A stretch of 64,000 bases of DNA, from NCBI GenBank assembly GCA_031414955.1, contig JANOQV010000065.1, positions 1 to 64,000 on the forward strand, in the 5' to 3' direction. The position numbers were made by a program, and so were the translations under genes. This DNA comes from Pedosphaera sp. (GTDB lineage: Bacteria > Verrucomicrobiota > Verrucomicrobiia > Limisphaerales > SIBH01). The notes beneath the pieces were generated by a model. It was not told the origin of the DNA. It did not search any database and was given only the letters and a program-made list of their open reading frames with translations. Position 1 is the first letter of the stretch, and each line of letters opens with the position of its first letter. Of the stretch, positions 55,629 to 64,000 are shown piece after piece.

Positions 55629-56734
55629 AGGCCGAAACTCCAAACTCCAAACCCCAAACTCCAAACCAATCCCAAGCAGCAAACTCCCACCGGAACTTGG
55701 GCACGCCTGAATTCCCTTGGGTTTCTAGCCTTGGGATTTTGTTTGGGATTTGGAGTTTGGGATTTGGAATTTCCCCTGCACACGCCCAACCCTTCCACCT
55801 GCCCACGGCCAACCGCGCCCTCTTCGACAAAGGTGCCGAGGAGAAATTCTTTGTCGGCACCACGGGCAAGCCCTGGCCGAGTGGCACCTTCGGCTGCGTG
55901 CGCAGTGAAGGGAATCAGATGCATGAGGGGCTCGACATCCGCAGCTTGTCCCGCGACCGGCGCGGCGAGCCGACCGATCCGGTGCTGGCTTCCTGCGACG
56001 GCACGGTCGCCTACCTCAACCCGCGCATCAGCGCCTCGAACTACGGCAAGTACGTCGTGCTGCGCCATACGATTGAAGGGATGGAGGTCTTCACGCTCTA
56101 CGCGCATCTGAGCGGCTTCGCGCTCGGACTCAAGGCGGGCCAGACCGTGAAAGCGGGTGAAACCATTGCCACTCTGGGCCGGACCAGCAACACGCGCGAG
56201 CGCATCTCGCAGGAACGCGCCCATGTCCATTTCGAGATCAATCTCTTCGTCAACGAACGCTTCCCCGTTTGGTACAAGAAGGAGCATCCCAAGGATCCCG
56301 ACGAGCACGGCCCGTGGAACGGCATCAACCTGCTCGGCCTCGACCCGCGCCTCATCCTGCTCGATCAGCAGGCCCAAGGAGCAAAGTTCAGCCTCGTGAA
56401 GTTCATCCAGAGCCGGCCCGAGTTGTGCCGCGTGCTGGTGCGCGACACCAGCTTCCCCTACCTCAAACGCTACCCCATGCTCCTGCGTTCCAACCCTGTG
56501 GCGGAAAAGGAAGGCGTGGCCGGTTACGAACTCACACTCGACTGCAACGCCGTGCCCATCGCGCTCACGCCGCGCGCGGCCAGCGAGATCAAATCGAAGC
56601 AGAAATACCAGGTGCTCTCGGTCAACGCCGCCGAGGAGGAGAAGAATTCCTGTCGCAAGCTCGTGGTCCGGCGAGGCCGGAGTTGGGAGTTGAGCAACAC
56701 CGGAACTGTCTTCCTCAATCTGCTGACGCAGTGA
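55625..56734 (+). CDS. M23-family metallopeptidase
   Basis: HEGLD (HxxxD), YGKYVVLRH, YAHL, HVHFE (HxH); ATGA overlap with the upstream gene. Confidence 0.9.
   Translation: MKAETPNSKPQTPNQSQAANSHRNLGTPEFPWVSSLGILFGIWSLGFGISPAHAQPFHLPTANRALFDKGAEEKFFVGTTGKPWPSGTFGCVRSEGNQMHEGLDIRSLSRDRRGEPTDPVLASCDGTVAYLNPRISASNYGKYVVLRHTIEGMEVFTLYAHLSGFALGLKAGQTVKAGETIATLGRTSNTRERISQERAHVHFEINLFVNERFPVWYKKEHPKDPDEHGPWNGINLLGLDPRLILLDQQAQGAKFSLVKFIQSRPELCRVLVRDTSFPYLKRYPMLLRSNPVAEKEGVAGYELTLDCNAVPIALTPRAASEIKSKQKYQVLSVNAAEEEKNSCRKLVVRRGRSWELSNTGTVFLNLLTQ
55634..55773. repeat. Inverted element built from AAACTCC/GGAGTTT heptamers, inside the M23 5' coding region
   Basis: Left arm gaaactccaaactccaaaccccaaactccaaaccaatcccaag; right arm cttgggattttgtttgggatttggagtttgggatttggaatttc. 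Confidence 0.85.
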
Positions 56735-56768
56735 GGTGGTCGCTCCCACGGGTGGCCCGCCGTCGCCC

Positions 56769-58031
56769 TCAAACGGGACCGCGTGGGGAACTCCACTCAT
56801 TGAGCTCGCGCTCGTTCGCCGCCGCGCCGAGGCCGAGATGTTCCAGCGCCTCGCCCATCAAATAAAGCGACCCAGTAATCACGACGTGGCTTTCATCGCC
56901 GGCCAGCGCCAGCGCCTCGGCGAGCGAGCCAGCCGGGCGAACCTCCAGTTCGGGCTGCGCCTCCTGAGCCGCCTGCACCAGTTGCCCAGGCCGCGCGCTG
57001 CGATTGCTGGCCACCGGGATGCAAATCATCCGCCGCGCGACCCCGGCGAATGTGCCGGCGGCTTCCGCCCAGTTTTTATCCTCCAGCATGCCGAGGATGA
57101 CCGTGCAGGGCGCGCCGCCAAACTCCACCCGCAACGCCGCGGCCAGCGCCTTCGCCCCGGCCGGATTGTGCGCTCCATCGAGCACGATGGTCTGCACCCC
57201 GCGCCGGAGAACCTGGAACCGCGCCGGCCATTGCACCGCCACCAACCCATCGCGCGCGACCACTCGCGGCACCGGCAGGCTCTCCTCCAACAGCTCAACC
57301 ACGCCCAAGGCCACCGCCGCGTTGAGCCGTTGATGCGCGCCGCGCAAACCCAGCCCTTCATGCACCACCGGCTCCGTCACCACCTGTAGCCGCGCACCCT
57401 GCCGCCGTGCCGTTTCGTGAATCTCCTCCAGCGCTCCGCCTTCCGCCGCCGTCACCACCGGCACGCCCGGCTTGATGATGCCGGCCTTCTCCCGCGCAAT
57501 CGCCTCCAGTGAATTTCCCAGCCAGGCCTCGTGATCGAACTGCACATTGGTGATCACGCTCACCAGCGGCGTGACGATGTTCGTGGCATCGAGCCGTCCG
57601 CCCAGTCCGGTTTCCCAAATCACCAGATCACACTTCTGCTCCGCGAAATAGCGCGCCGCCAAGACCGTCACGACTTCGAAGAAAGTGGGCCGGTGCTCCT
57701 GCGCCAGGTCCGCCAGCCAGCCCCGCGCCTCCGCCACCAACCGGGCCGCGTCCGCCTCCGAGATCAATTCGCGGTCGATCTGGATGCGCTCGCGAAAGCT
57801 GACCAGATGCGGCGAGGTATAAAGCCCGACGCGCAGGCCGGTCGCGCGGTAGATCGACTCCAGCATGGCGCAGGTCGAGCCTTTGCCATTCGTGCCCGCC
57901 ACATGGATGAAGCGAAGCTGAGACTGCGGCTGCCCGGCCAGTTCCGCCAGACGCAGCGTGGGGGCGAGACCGAGGTTCGCGCCAAACATGGGGAGCGAAG
58001 ACAAATACTCGATGGCTTCCTGATATGACAT
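56769..58031 (-). CDS. folC: Folylpolyglutamate synthase/dihydrofolate synthase
   Basis: HVAGTNGKGS, YTSPHL..FRERI, ETGLGGRLDATN, LDGAHNP, ITGSLYL. Confidence 0.95.
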   Translation of the reverse strand: MSYQEAIEYLSSLPMFGANLGLAPTLRLAELAGQPQSQLRFIHVAGTNGKGSTCAMLESIYRATGLRVGLYTSPHLVSFRERIQIDRELISEADAARLVAEARGWLADLAQEHRPTFFEVVTVLAARYFAEQKCDLVIWETGLGGRLDATNIVTPLVSVITNVQFDHEAWLGNSLEAIAREKAGIIKPGVPVVTAAEGGALEEIHETARRQGARLQVVTEPVVHEGLGLRGAHQRLNAAVALGVVELLEESLPVPRVVARDGLVAVQWPARFQVLRRGVQTIVLDGAHNPAGAKALAAALRVEFGGAPCTVILGMLEDKNWAEAAGTFAGVARRMICIPVASNRSARPGQLVQAAQEAQPELEVRPAGSLAEALALAGDESHVVITGSLYLMGEALEHLGLGAAANERELNEWSSPRGPV

Positions 58032-58350
58032 TCGGCGGCGGATGCTGCCAGCCCCTTGTCCGACAAGCGACCCAAAGTTCCGGCGCGAATGCTGCCAGGG
58101 GCCGGCTTCAGGAAACTGTGGCCCTCCCTGAACCTCTGGCCCGACGGGCCGTGGTGGAAAGCCTCGCGCGGCGAGGCCAGTGGGTTCGGGACGGCGAGCG
58201 CCGCGCGCGCGTCCCCACCGAACGCCAGCCGAGCGGGACCGGGGCGTGCCGCCCGATCCCGCTCTTGGTGGTTTTCCCCGGCGCGCATGGGCCGGTGGGT
58301 GGAGTGGCCATTGTCGCCTCCTTGCGGCAGTGGCTGGTGGCTCCGGGGCC

Positions 58351-59655
58351 TCAAGGCCGCGGCACCGTGTAGATCTTTGGATAGTTGGCCCCGAGCAATT
58401 CCAACTGCACGAACGGCCCGTTCGGGTTGGGATTGGCCGGGATGCTTGAGGCCTCGGCCACGTTGAAATCGTTGTCGTAGGTGAGTACGATCATGCCGTT
58501 CACCACGCAGACGCCTTCCACTTTTTCCAGCAGCGGATCAATCGCCGTCAGCGAGTTGATCACCACCGTCTTGCTCACCGGCACGACGCCCAGCGCCGCG
58601 AGACCGGCGGTGTTCAATTGCTCCAGGGTTTTCGTCGGGTCCGAGATCAGCCTTCCAGTGATGGCGTTTTCGAGGGGTGTGAGATCCGTCGCTCCCGCCA
58701 CGTCCACCTCGAACAGTTTGTCGGTGGCCCGCTCTGGAACCAGGAGCCGGCCCGGCCCGGTCGAGAAAAGATCGCTGAGGGTCACGTTGTTGGGCACGGC
58801 GGGGATGCGGTAGAGGTACTGGCGCACCAGCGGCTCGGGACTGCCCACGAGCAGGGTATTGAGGTTGATGGCCAGGAGGCGGACGTTGCCATTGGCGTCC
58901 CCGGCGGCCCGGTTGGGATTGCTGAGCGGCCGTTGCATGATGGCGTAGAGGATGCCATCGGCGGCCGCGGCGATGCCCTCCAGGCCGCGATTGCTGCGCC
59001 GCTTGGCGAGCACGGCTGGGAGCACATCGTAGGTCGGCACCTGCTCCAGGCCGGTCAGTGTTCCAGTTGGCACGAGACGCATCTGCACCTTGCCGTTCGG
59101 ACCGAACATGGCCACGCTGGGCTTGTATTCCTCGCACACCCAGAAGTTCCCCCACGGATCGATGGTGATGCCTTCCGCGTCGAGCGAATCCTCATCGAAC
59201 GGCAGCACGTTCAGGTTCACGTCGTACGGAATGTCCGTGGCGGGCTTGGTCGTGGGCAGGCCCGAGATGTGTCCGCCGTCCGGGCGCTTGAGCGGTTTCA
59301 CGTCGTCGACCTTGGCCGAGCCATTCGGCATCAAGCGGACCGTGACGAGGTGCGGCCCGAAGCCGGGGATGAGCCAGATTTTGGACGTGACGCCCGCAGC
59401 CGTGAAGTCAGTCGTGGTACCGCGATCTGTGATGACGTAAAACGAATCGGGTTTGCCCGGCACGGGATAGAGGCCGGAGAACCCGCCGAGTTTGATTTCG
59501 TTTCCATTGTACGGATCGGTGTAGAGGTTGAACTGCGCCGATTGCAGGTTCACGTCGAACGTGGCGGCCTGGGCCGTGGAGACGGAGAGTTGCCCGAGCA
59601 ACGCCCCGCCGAGCAACGCGCACGAGGCGCAGCGTTTGAGGATTTGTGTTTTCAT
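58351..59655 (-). CDS. Secreted 'esterase-like activity of phytase' family propeller
   Basis: Signal peptide; GGFSGL, ITDRG, LDAEGI, EEYKP, NRGLEG, EKVEG, DNDF. Confidence 0.85.
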   Translation of the reverse strand: MKTQILKRCASCALLGGALLGQLSVSTAQAATFDVNLQSAQFNLYTDPYNGNEIKLGGFSGLYPVPGKPDSFYVITDRGTTTDFTAAGVTSKIWLIPGFGPHLVTVRLMPNGSAKVDDVKPLKRPDGGHISGLPTTKPATDIPYDVNLNVLPFDEDSLDAEGITIDPWGNFWVCEEYKPSVAMFGPNGKVQMRLVPTGTLTGLEQVPTYDVLPAVLAKRRSNRGLEGIAAAADGILYAIMQRPLSNPNRAAGDANGNVRLLAINLNTLLVGSPEPLVRQYLYRIPAVPNNVTLSDLFSTGPGRLLVPERATDKLFEVDVAGATDLTPLENAITGRLISDPTKTLEQLNTAGLAALGVVPVSKTVVINSLTAIDPLLEKVEGVCVVNGMIVLTYDNDFNVAEASSIPANPNPNGPFVQLELLGANYPKIYTVPRP

Positions 59656-59780
59656 TTTTTCAACAAGTAGTTGGTTTGTCTTTGGCACCGGCTCGGTGCC
59701 GATGAATTCGGCCCGACCGGTTGCTGTTCACTCACTACAGGGGGACGTTGCGGGAAAGGTTGCAGGAATTCTTTGCGTGT

Positions 59781-60359
59781 TCACGCGTGCGCGTCCGCAC
59801 CAGAACGCTGGCGCCAATCCTCCCGCAGAATCGCGTAAAGATATTCGTCGGCCCAGCGGCCTTTGAACCAGAGGCTCTGCCGCAAGTGACCCTCGCGACG
59901 CAGGCCCAATTGCTCCATCAGCGTCCAGGCGGCGGTGTTCTCCGCGTCCGTATCCGCCACCACCCGGTGCAGTTTCAGGCGCTCGAACAACGCATCGAGC
60001 AGACACGACAGCGCCTCCACCGCGAAGCCCTGCCGCTGAAAGCGCCGCGCCAGCGTGCCGCCGATCGTGGCCTGGCGCGGATCGTGGGCCTGAACCTTCA
60101 CGGCGCAATCACCGATGAGCGCGTTGGTGTCCTTGAGGGCGACGGCGATCTGCAGCCACTGGCCGGGCACGCCCGCCTCCTGCGATTGTTGATGTCGAAC
60201 GAACTCCGTCGCGGCGGGGAGTTCAATGCCCTTCCAACCCTGATACCGCGCGACCTTGGGATCGTTGCGGTAGGCAAAGAAGGCAGGGACATCCGCCTCG
60301 GTAAAGCGCCTGAGCACGAGCCGGGGCGTCTGGAGGGGCAGCAGGTCTGAGTTACTCAT
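59781..60359 (-). CDS. RimJ/RimL-like GNAT acetyltransferase
   Basis: TPRLVLRRF, QRQGFAVEA, N.A...LMEQLGLRREG, YAILREDW. Confidence 0.9.
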   Translation of the reverse strand: MSNSDLLPLQTPRLVLRRFTEADVPAFFAYRNDPKVARYQGWKGIELPAATEFVRHQQSQEAGVPGQWLQIAVALKDTNALIGDCAVKVQAHDPRQATIGGTLARRFQRQGFAVEALSCLLDALFERLKLHRVVADTDAENTAAWTLMEQLGLRREGHLRQSLWFKGRWADEYLYAILREDWRQRSGADAHA

Positions 60360-61174
60360 GTTTCCTTCATTGCTCCGGGAGCGGTCCACGCCTGCACGAT
60401 CATCGTGTCAGTTTCCTTTTCGAGCGGACGGCCATCGAAGTCGCCGAGTATCTCCCAGCGCGCAAAGCCCACGACGCGCAGTAGCAATTCCATCTCGGGC
60501 CGGTACGTCCAGCGCATCGTCGTTTTGGACGGGTGGGTCGCGATGACCTGGCCGGTCGCATCGAGCATCTCGACCTCGTTGCAGGAATACTGAACCTGCT
60601 TCACCCGGTCGAAGGTCCGCGTGTCCCACGCCCGGATCGGCAGGCCGGTCTCAGGGTGAGCGATCTCGCCTTCCAAGGCGCGAGTGCCGCTCGTTTGGGC
60701 AATCCAGTTCAACCCAGGAAAGGACGTGTCGAGCACGAGCATCCCGCCCGGCTGCAAATGTTCGCGGCACGCGCGCAAGCAGCCGAGTTGCGCCTCGGTC
60801 GTGAGAATATGCACGAAGGCGTTGAACGGAATCATGATGCGCGCGAAGCGGCGCGGCAGCCGAAACGCAGCCATGTCCGCCTGGTGCAACGTCGGATTCA
60901 GTCCCAGCGCCGCCGCCTTTTCGCGCAAGCGCTGCAACATGCCGGCAAAGAGATCCAGCCCCTCGATGTCCACGCCGGCCTGGAGGCACGGCAGCAGGAT
61001 GCGCCCGGTGCCGCACCCGACATCGAGCACTGGCCCGCGCGCGGCTTTGGCCAACTCGACATAGAAGTCGAGCCCGGGCTGGAAATCCCCGAGCAGCAGA
61101 TCGTAGAGCGCGCCGTCATCGAAGGGCGTGGCTTCAGCGGTGGATGATGATTGTTCTGTTGAGGATTTGTTCAT
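60356..61174 (-). CDS. Class I SAM-dependent methyltransferase
   Basis: VLDVGCGTGR, GLDL, ADM, HLQPGG. Confidence 0.9.
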   Translation of the reverse strand: MNKSSTEQSSSTAEATPFDDGALYDLLLGDFQPGLDFYVELAKAARGPVLDVGCGTGRILLPCLQAGVDIEGLDLFAGMLQRLREKAAALGLNPTLHQADMAAFRLPRRFARIMIPFNAFVHILTTEAQLGCLRACREHLQPGGMLVLDTSFPGLNWIAQTSGTRALEGEIAHPETGLPIRAWDTRTFDRVKQVQYSCNEVEMLDATGQVIATHPSKTTMRWTYRPEMELLLRVVGFARWEILGDFDGRPLEKETDTMIVQAWTAPGAMKET

Positions 61175-61260
61175 AACACGAGCGGCGAACCGTCTGAAAT
61201 TTCATTTGCTCCCAGTTCTTGCTTGGCTCCGTTGAAGGATTCAAAAAGCCGCCATGTTTC

Positions 61261-61815
61261 TTACGAGGCGTCTTGGTTGTAGGCGGGCAGGCCATCGATG
61301 CTCGTCTGGTTGTGGGAGGCGCGGTAGGCGTCGAGTTTCTCCGGGCCTTGATGGGCAGCCCACTGATCGAGCGTGTCACGACGGCTGCGGAAATCGTAAA
61401 TCGGTACGGCATAGCCACAAGAATCCGAGACGCGCTTCACTGAAATATGAACAAATGCCCGGGTGCCAGGATGGGTTGGAAACAGTGAAGCCAGCTTGGT
61501 GAATCGGGCATCTCCAGGGGTAATCACGCTGCCGTTCCCATGCAGGCGGACAATTTTTGGAGCGCCGTCAAAAGCACAGAACATCACCACGATGCGGCCG
61601 TTCTCCCGGAGGTGGGCGGCCGTCTCCGCACCGCTGCCAGTATAGTCCTGATAAGCGACCTCCAATGGCCCGAGCACGCGGAAAGACTCGCCGCCCTTGG
61701 GCGACGTGTTGATGTGCCCGTCCGGTGAAAGCGGCGCCGTCGCCACAAAGAAAACACGCTGCCCGGCAATCCAGGCGGCGAGTTCAGGGTCGATTTTTTC
61801 GTATTGTTTGCTCAT
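61261..61815 (-). CDS. Pyridoxamine 5'-phosphate oxidase-like FMN-binding protein
   Basis: FFVATAP, NTSPKG, TGSGAET.AH, MFCAFDG, SCGYAVP. Confidence 0.88.
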   Translation of the reverse strand: MSKQYEKIDPELAAWIAGQRVFFVATAPLSPDGHINTSPKGGESFRVLGPLEVAYQDYTGSGAETAAHLRENGRIVVMFCAFDGAPKIVRLHGNGSVITPGDARFTKLASLFPTHPGTRAFVHISVKRVSDSCGYAVPIYDFRSRRDTLDQWAAHQGPEKLDAYRASHNQTSIDGLPAYNQDAS

Positions 61816-61899
61816 GTGAGGGGTCGAGTGACTCGGTTGATGCCGTGGGCGAAGCCAACGAGCATCGAAACTTCGCGAATTCCGTTCCGCAACCGGACG

Positions 61900-61999
61900 T
61901 TACGGTCGAGTCGAACACCTTGAAGCCATGCTGAACAGCTAACCGCCACGCGAACGTGCTCTTGTCGGAACCGGAATTGCCGAAGACGAGGATTCTCAT
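61900..61999 (-). pseudogene. N-terminal remnant of a P-loop (adenylate/shikimate kinase-like) gene
   Basis: MRILVFGNSGSDKST: Walker A with G>D; similarity lost after ~30 codons. ATGA overlap with the WD40 gene. Confidence 0.6.
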
Positions 62000-64000
62000 G
62001 GGGCTTTCGCGGAATTGAGTTCATTGCGCCCGATGGATTTCTCTGCGCTCTCTATTTCAGCCCATGACGGCGCGCGCCAGGTCTGCCACGGCGGGCCGGC
62101 GAGGATCACGTCCCCATCGGCACTCCACCGGGCCGCGTTCAGAAGTGAGCCGGTGCCGCGCAAGGTCAGCAGTTCCTGGCGCGTGCCGATATCCCAGAGC
62201 TTGATGGACTCGCGCCCGCCGGACGCGGAAATCAACCGTCGTCCATCTGCGGAGAAGGCGATGCCGAAGACCGCGTTTAGGTGGCCATGGAGGGATCCGA
62301 CCAATTCGCCTTTGGCGGGATCAAACAGACTCACGAGACCGCCCCCGGTGGACGAAGCCACCAGTCCGCCATCGGGCGAAACCGCCAGCCAACGGGAAAA
62401 ATATCTCCCGGGAACACGCCGCGGTGCCCGATCGGGGTGGACCAAATCGTAGAATCCGATTTCATGGTCGTTGCCCCGCCTGATTGCCACGACCAGCACC
62501 CGCCCGCCCGCAGCAAAGGTCGGATCATTGATAGGCCCGCCAATGGACGCTACAATTTGCCCGGTTTCGATGTGCCAGGCGCGCAGGGAATCGGCGGTCC
62601 ATGTGCGCAGGGTATCCTCTGGTTTGGGCAAGGCCACCAAGTAATTTCCATCCTCACTGAAGCGGAAGGGAACGAGCCCCGGGACATCGCTCTTCAGTTC
62701 AATTCGACGACCTAGTGCCGCGAGGTTCGCCACGTAAACCGACGCCGAGGAAGTCCCTTCGGTCCACGCCAGAAGCTGGCGCGTGGCGTTGTAGGCCAGC
62801 CCGGGCGGGCACGTGCCCGAGGCGACCACAACTGCTCCGCGTTGAATGAACTCCGCACCGCGCAACTCGCGGATGAGGATCTGGTTGGTTCCATCCCAGT
62901 GACAAAGAATGTTGGTGCCAAACCAGCCAAGGACATTGGTGGAGGATACGATCTCACGCAGCGGCCCCCCGAGGGAGTCGCGCTTGAGGTCGACCAGCTC
63001 GGGCGGCTGGCCCGGGGGCAGCAACAATGCGCGCGAGTGGTCTAGAGGCAGAACCTCATTGTACCGGAGGTTTTCCGGCAGACGGCTGTATCCATCTGCG
63101 GCGCTCTTCCCATCATCTCTCCACAACATGAGATCCCCGTCCTTGCTCGCGCTGGCGACGAGTTGAGCCGGCTCCGAGATCGCGACGGCATGAACCTCGT
63201 CCCTGTGGCCGCGCAGCACCTTGGTTTCGGTCCATTTGCTCGTATCCCAGAACCGGATGGATTGGTCGCTCGCCGCAGAGATCAAACGTCGTCCGTCCCT
63301 GGTAAACGCCAGCTTGCAAACCCAAGCGGTGTGTCCGTCGAGTTGGCGGAGTAGCCGGCCGGTCGCGGCATCCCAGACGCGGATAGTGGGATCTTCGAAT
63401 CCCGAGCCGGAAGCCAGCACCCGGCCGTCCGGCGAGATGGCCAGCGTGGTCAGCCCGTAGTCCCGTTGCGATTCGGTCAGCCAGAGTTCATGGCCCGTGG
63501 CGAGGTCGAGGCACTGGATGCTGTAGCGGTAGTTCAAAGAGTCAGAACGTGCCAGATACAAACGCCGGTTGTCGGGAGATAGCTGGGCGGCTCCGCAATG
63601 GAGGGTTTTACTGTAAACGGTCGGGTGGCGGCTTTCGATCCGAGAGGAGGACACGTTCACTACCCAGACTTCGTCGCCGATTTCCGGCGTAGATCCGGCG
63701 ATCTGGTAGGGTATTCCGGCGTAGATGACCACCCTTGAACCATCCTGCGAAAACGCGATATCGCGAACGTTCCATGCGCCTTGGTCGGGTGCCCGCCACA
63801 GGATCGATTCCCGGCCGGAGTCGAGGTCATACAGGGCGACCACTTTGGGTTCGGATGTGGCAGCCAGAAGATTGCGAACCGGAGAAAAAGCCACCCGTCC
63901 CTGGTGACCATGCTCGCGATCCGTCAGGGTCTGAACCAATCGTCGGCCCTGGACATCCCACAAGTCCACGCGTCCGTCATACCAACCCACGGCCAGGCGG
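61996..64000 (-). CDS. WD40-repeat protein, 5' end outside the window; probably the C-terminal part of another Ser/Thr kinase
   Basis: GH...WD repeats (LDGHTAWV, LRGHRDEV, LHGHLNAV), FSPD motifs, tail WRAPSWAEI. Confidence 0.88.
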   Translation of the reverse strand, partial: RLAVGWYDGRVDLWDVQGRRLVQTLTDREHGHQGRVAFSPVRNLLAATSEPKVVALYDLDSGRESILWRAPDQGAWNVRDIAFSQDGSRVVIYAGIPYQIAGSTPEIGDEVWVVNVSSSRIESRHPTVYSKTLHCGAAQLSPDNRRLYLARSDSLNYRYSIQCLDLATGHELWLTESQRDYGLTTLAISPDGRVLASGSGFEDPTIRVWDAATGRLLRQLDGHTAWVCKLAFTRDGRRLISAASDQSIRFWDTSKWTETKVLRGHRDEVHAVAISEPAQLVASASKDGDLMLWRDDGKSAADGYSRLPENLRYNEVLPLDHSRALLLPPGQPPELVDLKRDSLGGPLREIVSSTNVLGWFGTNILCHWDGTNQILIRELRGAEFIQRGAVVVASGTCPPGLAYNATRQLLAWTEGTSSASVYVANLAALGRRIELKSDVPGLVPFRFSEDGNYLVALPKPEDTLRTWTADSLRAWHIETGQIVASIGGPINDPTFAAGGRVLVVAIRRGNDHEIGFYDLVHPDRAPRRVPGRYFSRWLAVSPDGGLVASSTGGGLVSLFDPAKGELVGSLHGHLNAVFGIAFSADGRRLISASGGRESIKLWDIGTRQELLTLRGTGSLLNAARWSADGDVILAGPPWQTWRAPSWAEIESAEKSIGRNELNSAKAP

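Noticed and set aside
59733..59765. Possible third copy of the ECF promoter before the phytase-like gene
   Set aside because: Shares only CCTGTAGTG with the sigma upstream region; lacks GAAAGAATCC and CTTAC at the right spacing.
59781..61999. Integron cassette array (GNAT, methyltransferase, PNPOx)
   Set aside because: Cassette-like genes, but no convincing attC inverted cores, some genes overlap, and no intI.

Overview
GC-rich bacterial chromosomal segment. Gene content and the style of its secreted proteins suggest Verrucomicrobiota (Pedosphaera/Limisphaera-like); this is an inference. The backbone is housekeeping: a long-form pyruvate:ferredoxin oxidoreductase that the ORF track misses, aspS, asd, argJ/argB, leuB, ftsK, PPi-type pfk, a lone nuoA, a phosphohexomutase, anmK, crcB and folC. 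Accessory cargo is interleaved. Most notable: (1) an ECF sigma / membrane Ser/Thr kinase-WD40 / ~2,200-aa surface protein module placed between a decayed argC and argJ, with the same bipartite promoter-like motif in front of both the sigma gene and the giant gene; (2) four secreted proteins sharing a C-terminal '...W..FYR/FFR' domain and a strong T-N over N-T dipeptide bias; (3) two duplications made of diverged, mostly synonymously differing copies (345 bp in-frame inside aspS; ~2.4 kb covering the asd 3' end plus a surface-protein gene); (4) an ABC-ATPase + TOPRIM-like pair resembling defence modules right after aspS; (5) several palindromic or heptamer repeat families, some inserted in-frame in genes, one of which appears to encode a signal peptide; (6) a 40-aa basic ORF below the ORF-track cutoff; (7) many apparently leaderless promoters. 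I saw no rRNA, tRNA, CRISPR array, integrase or transposase.
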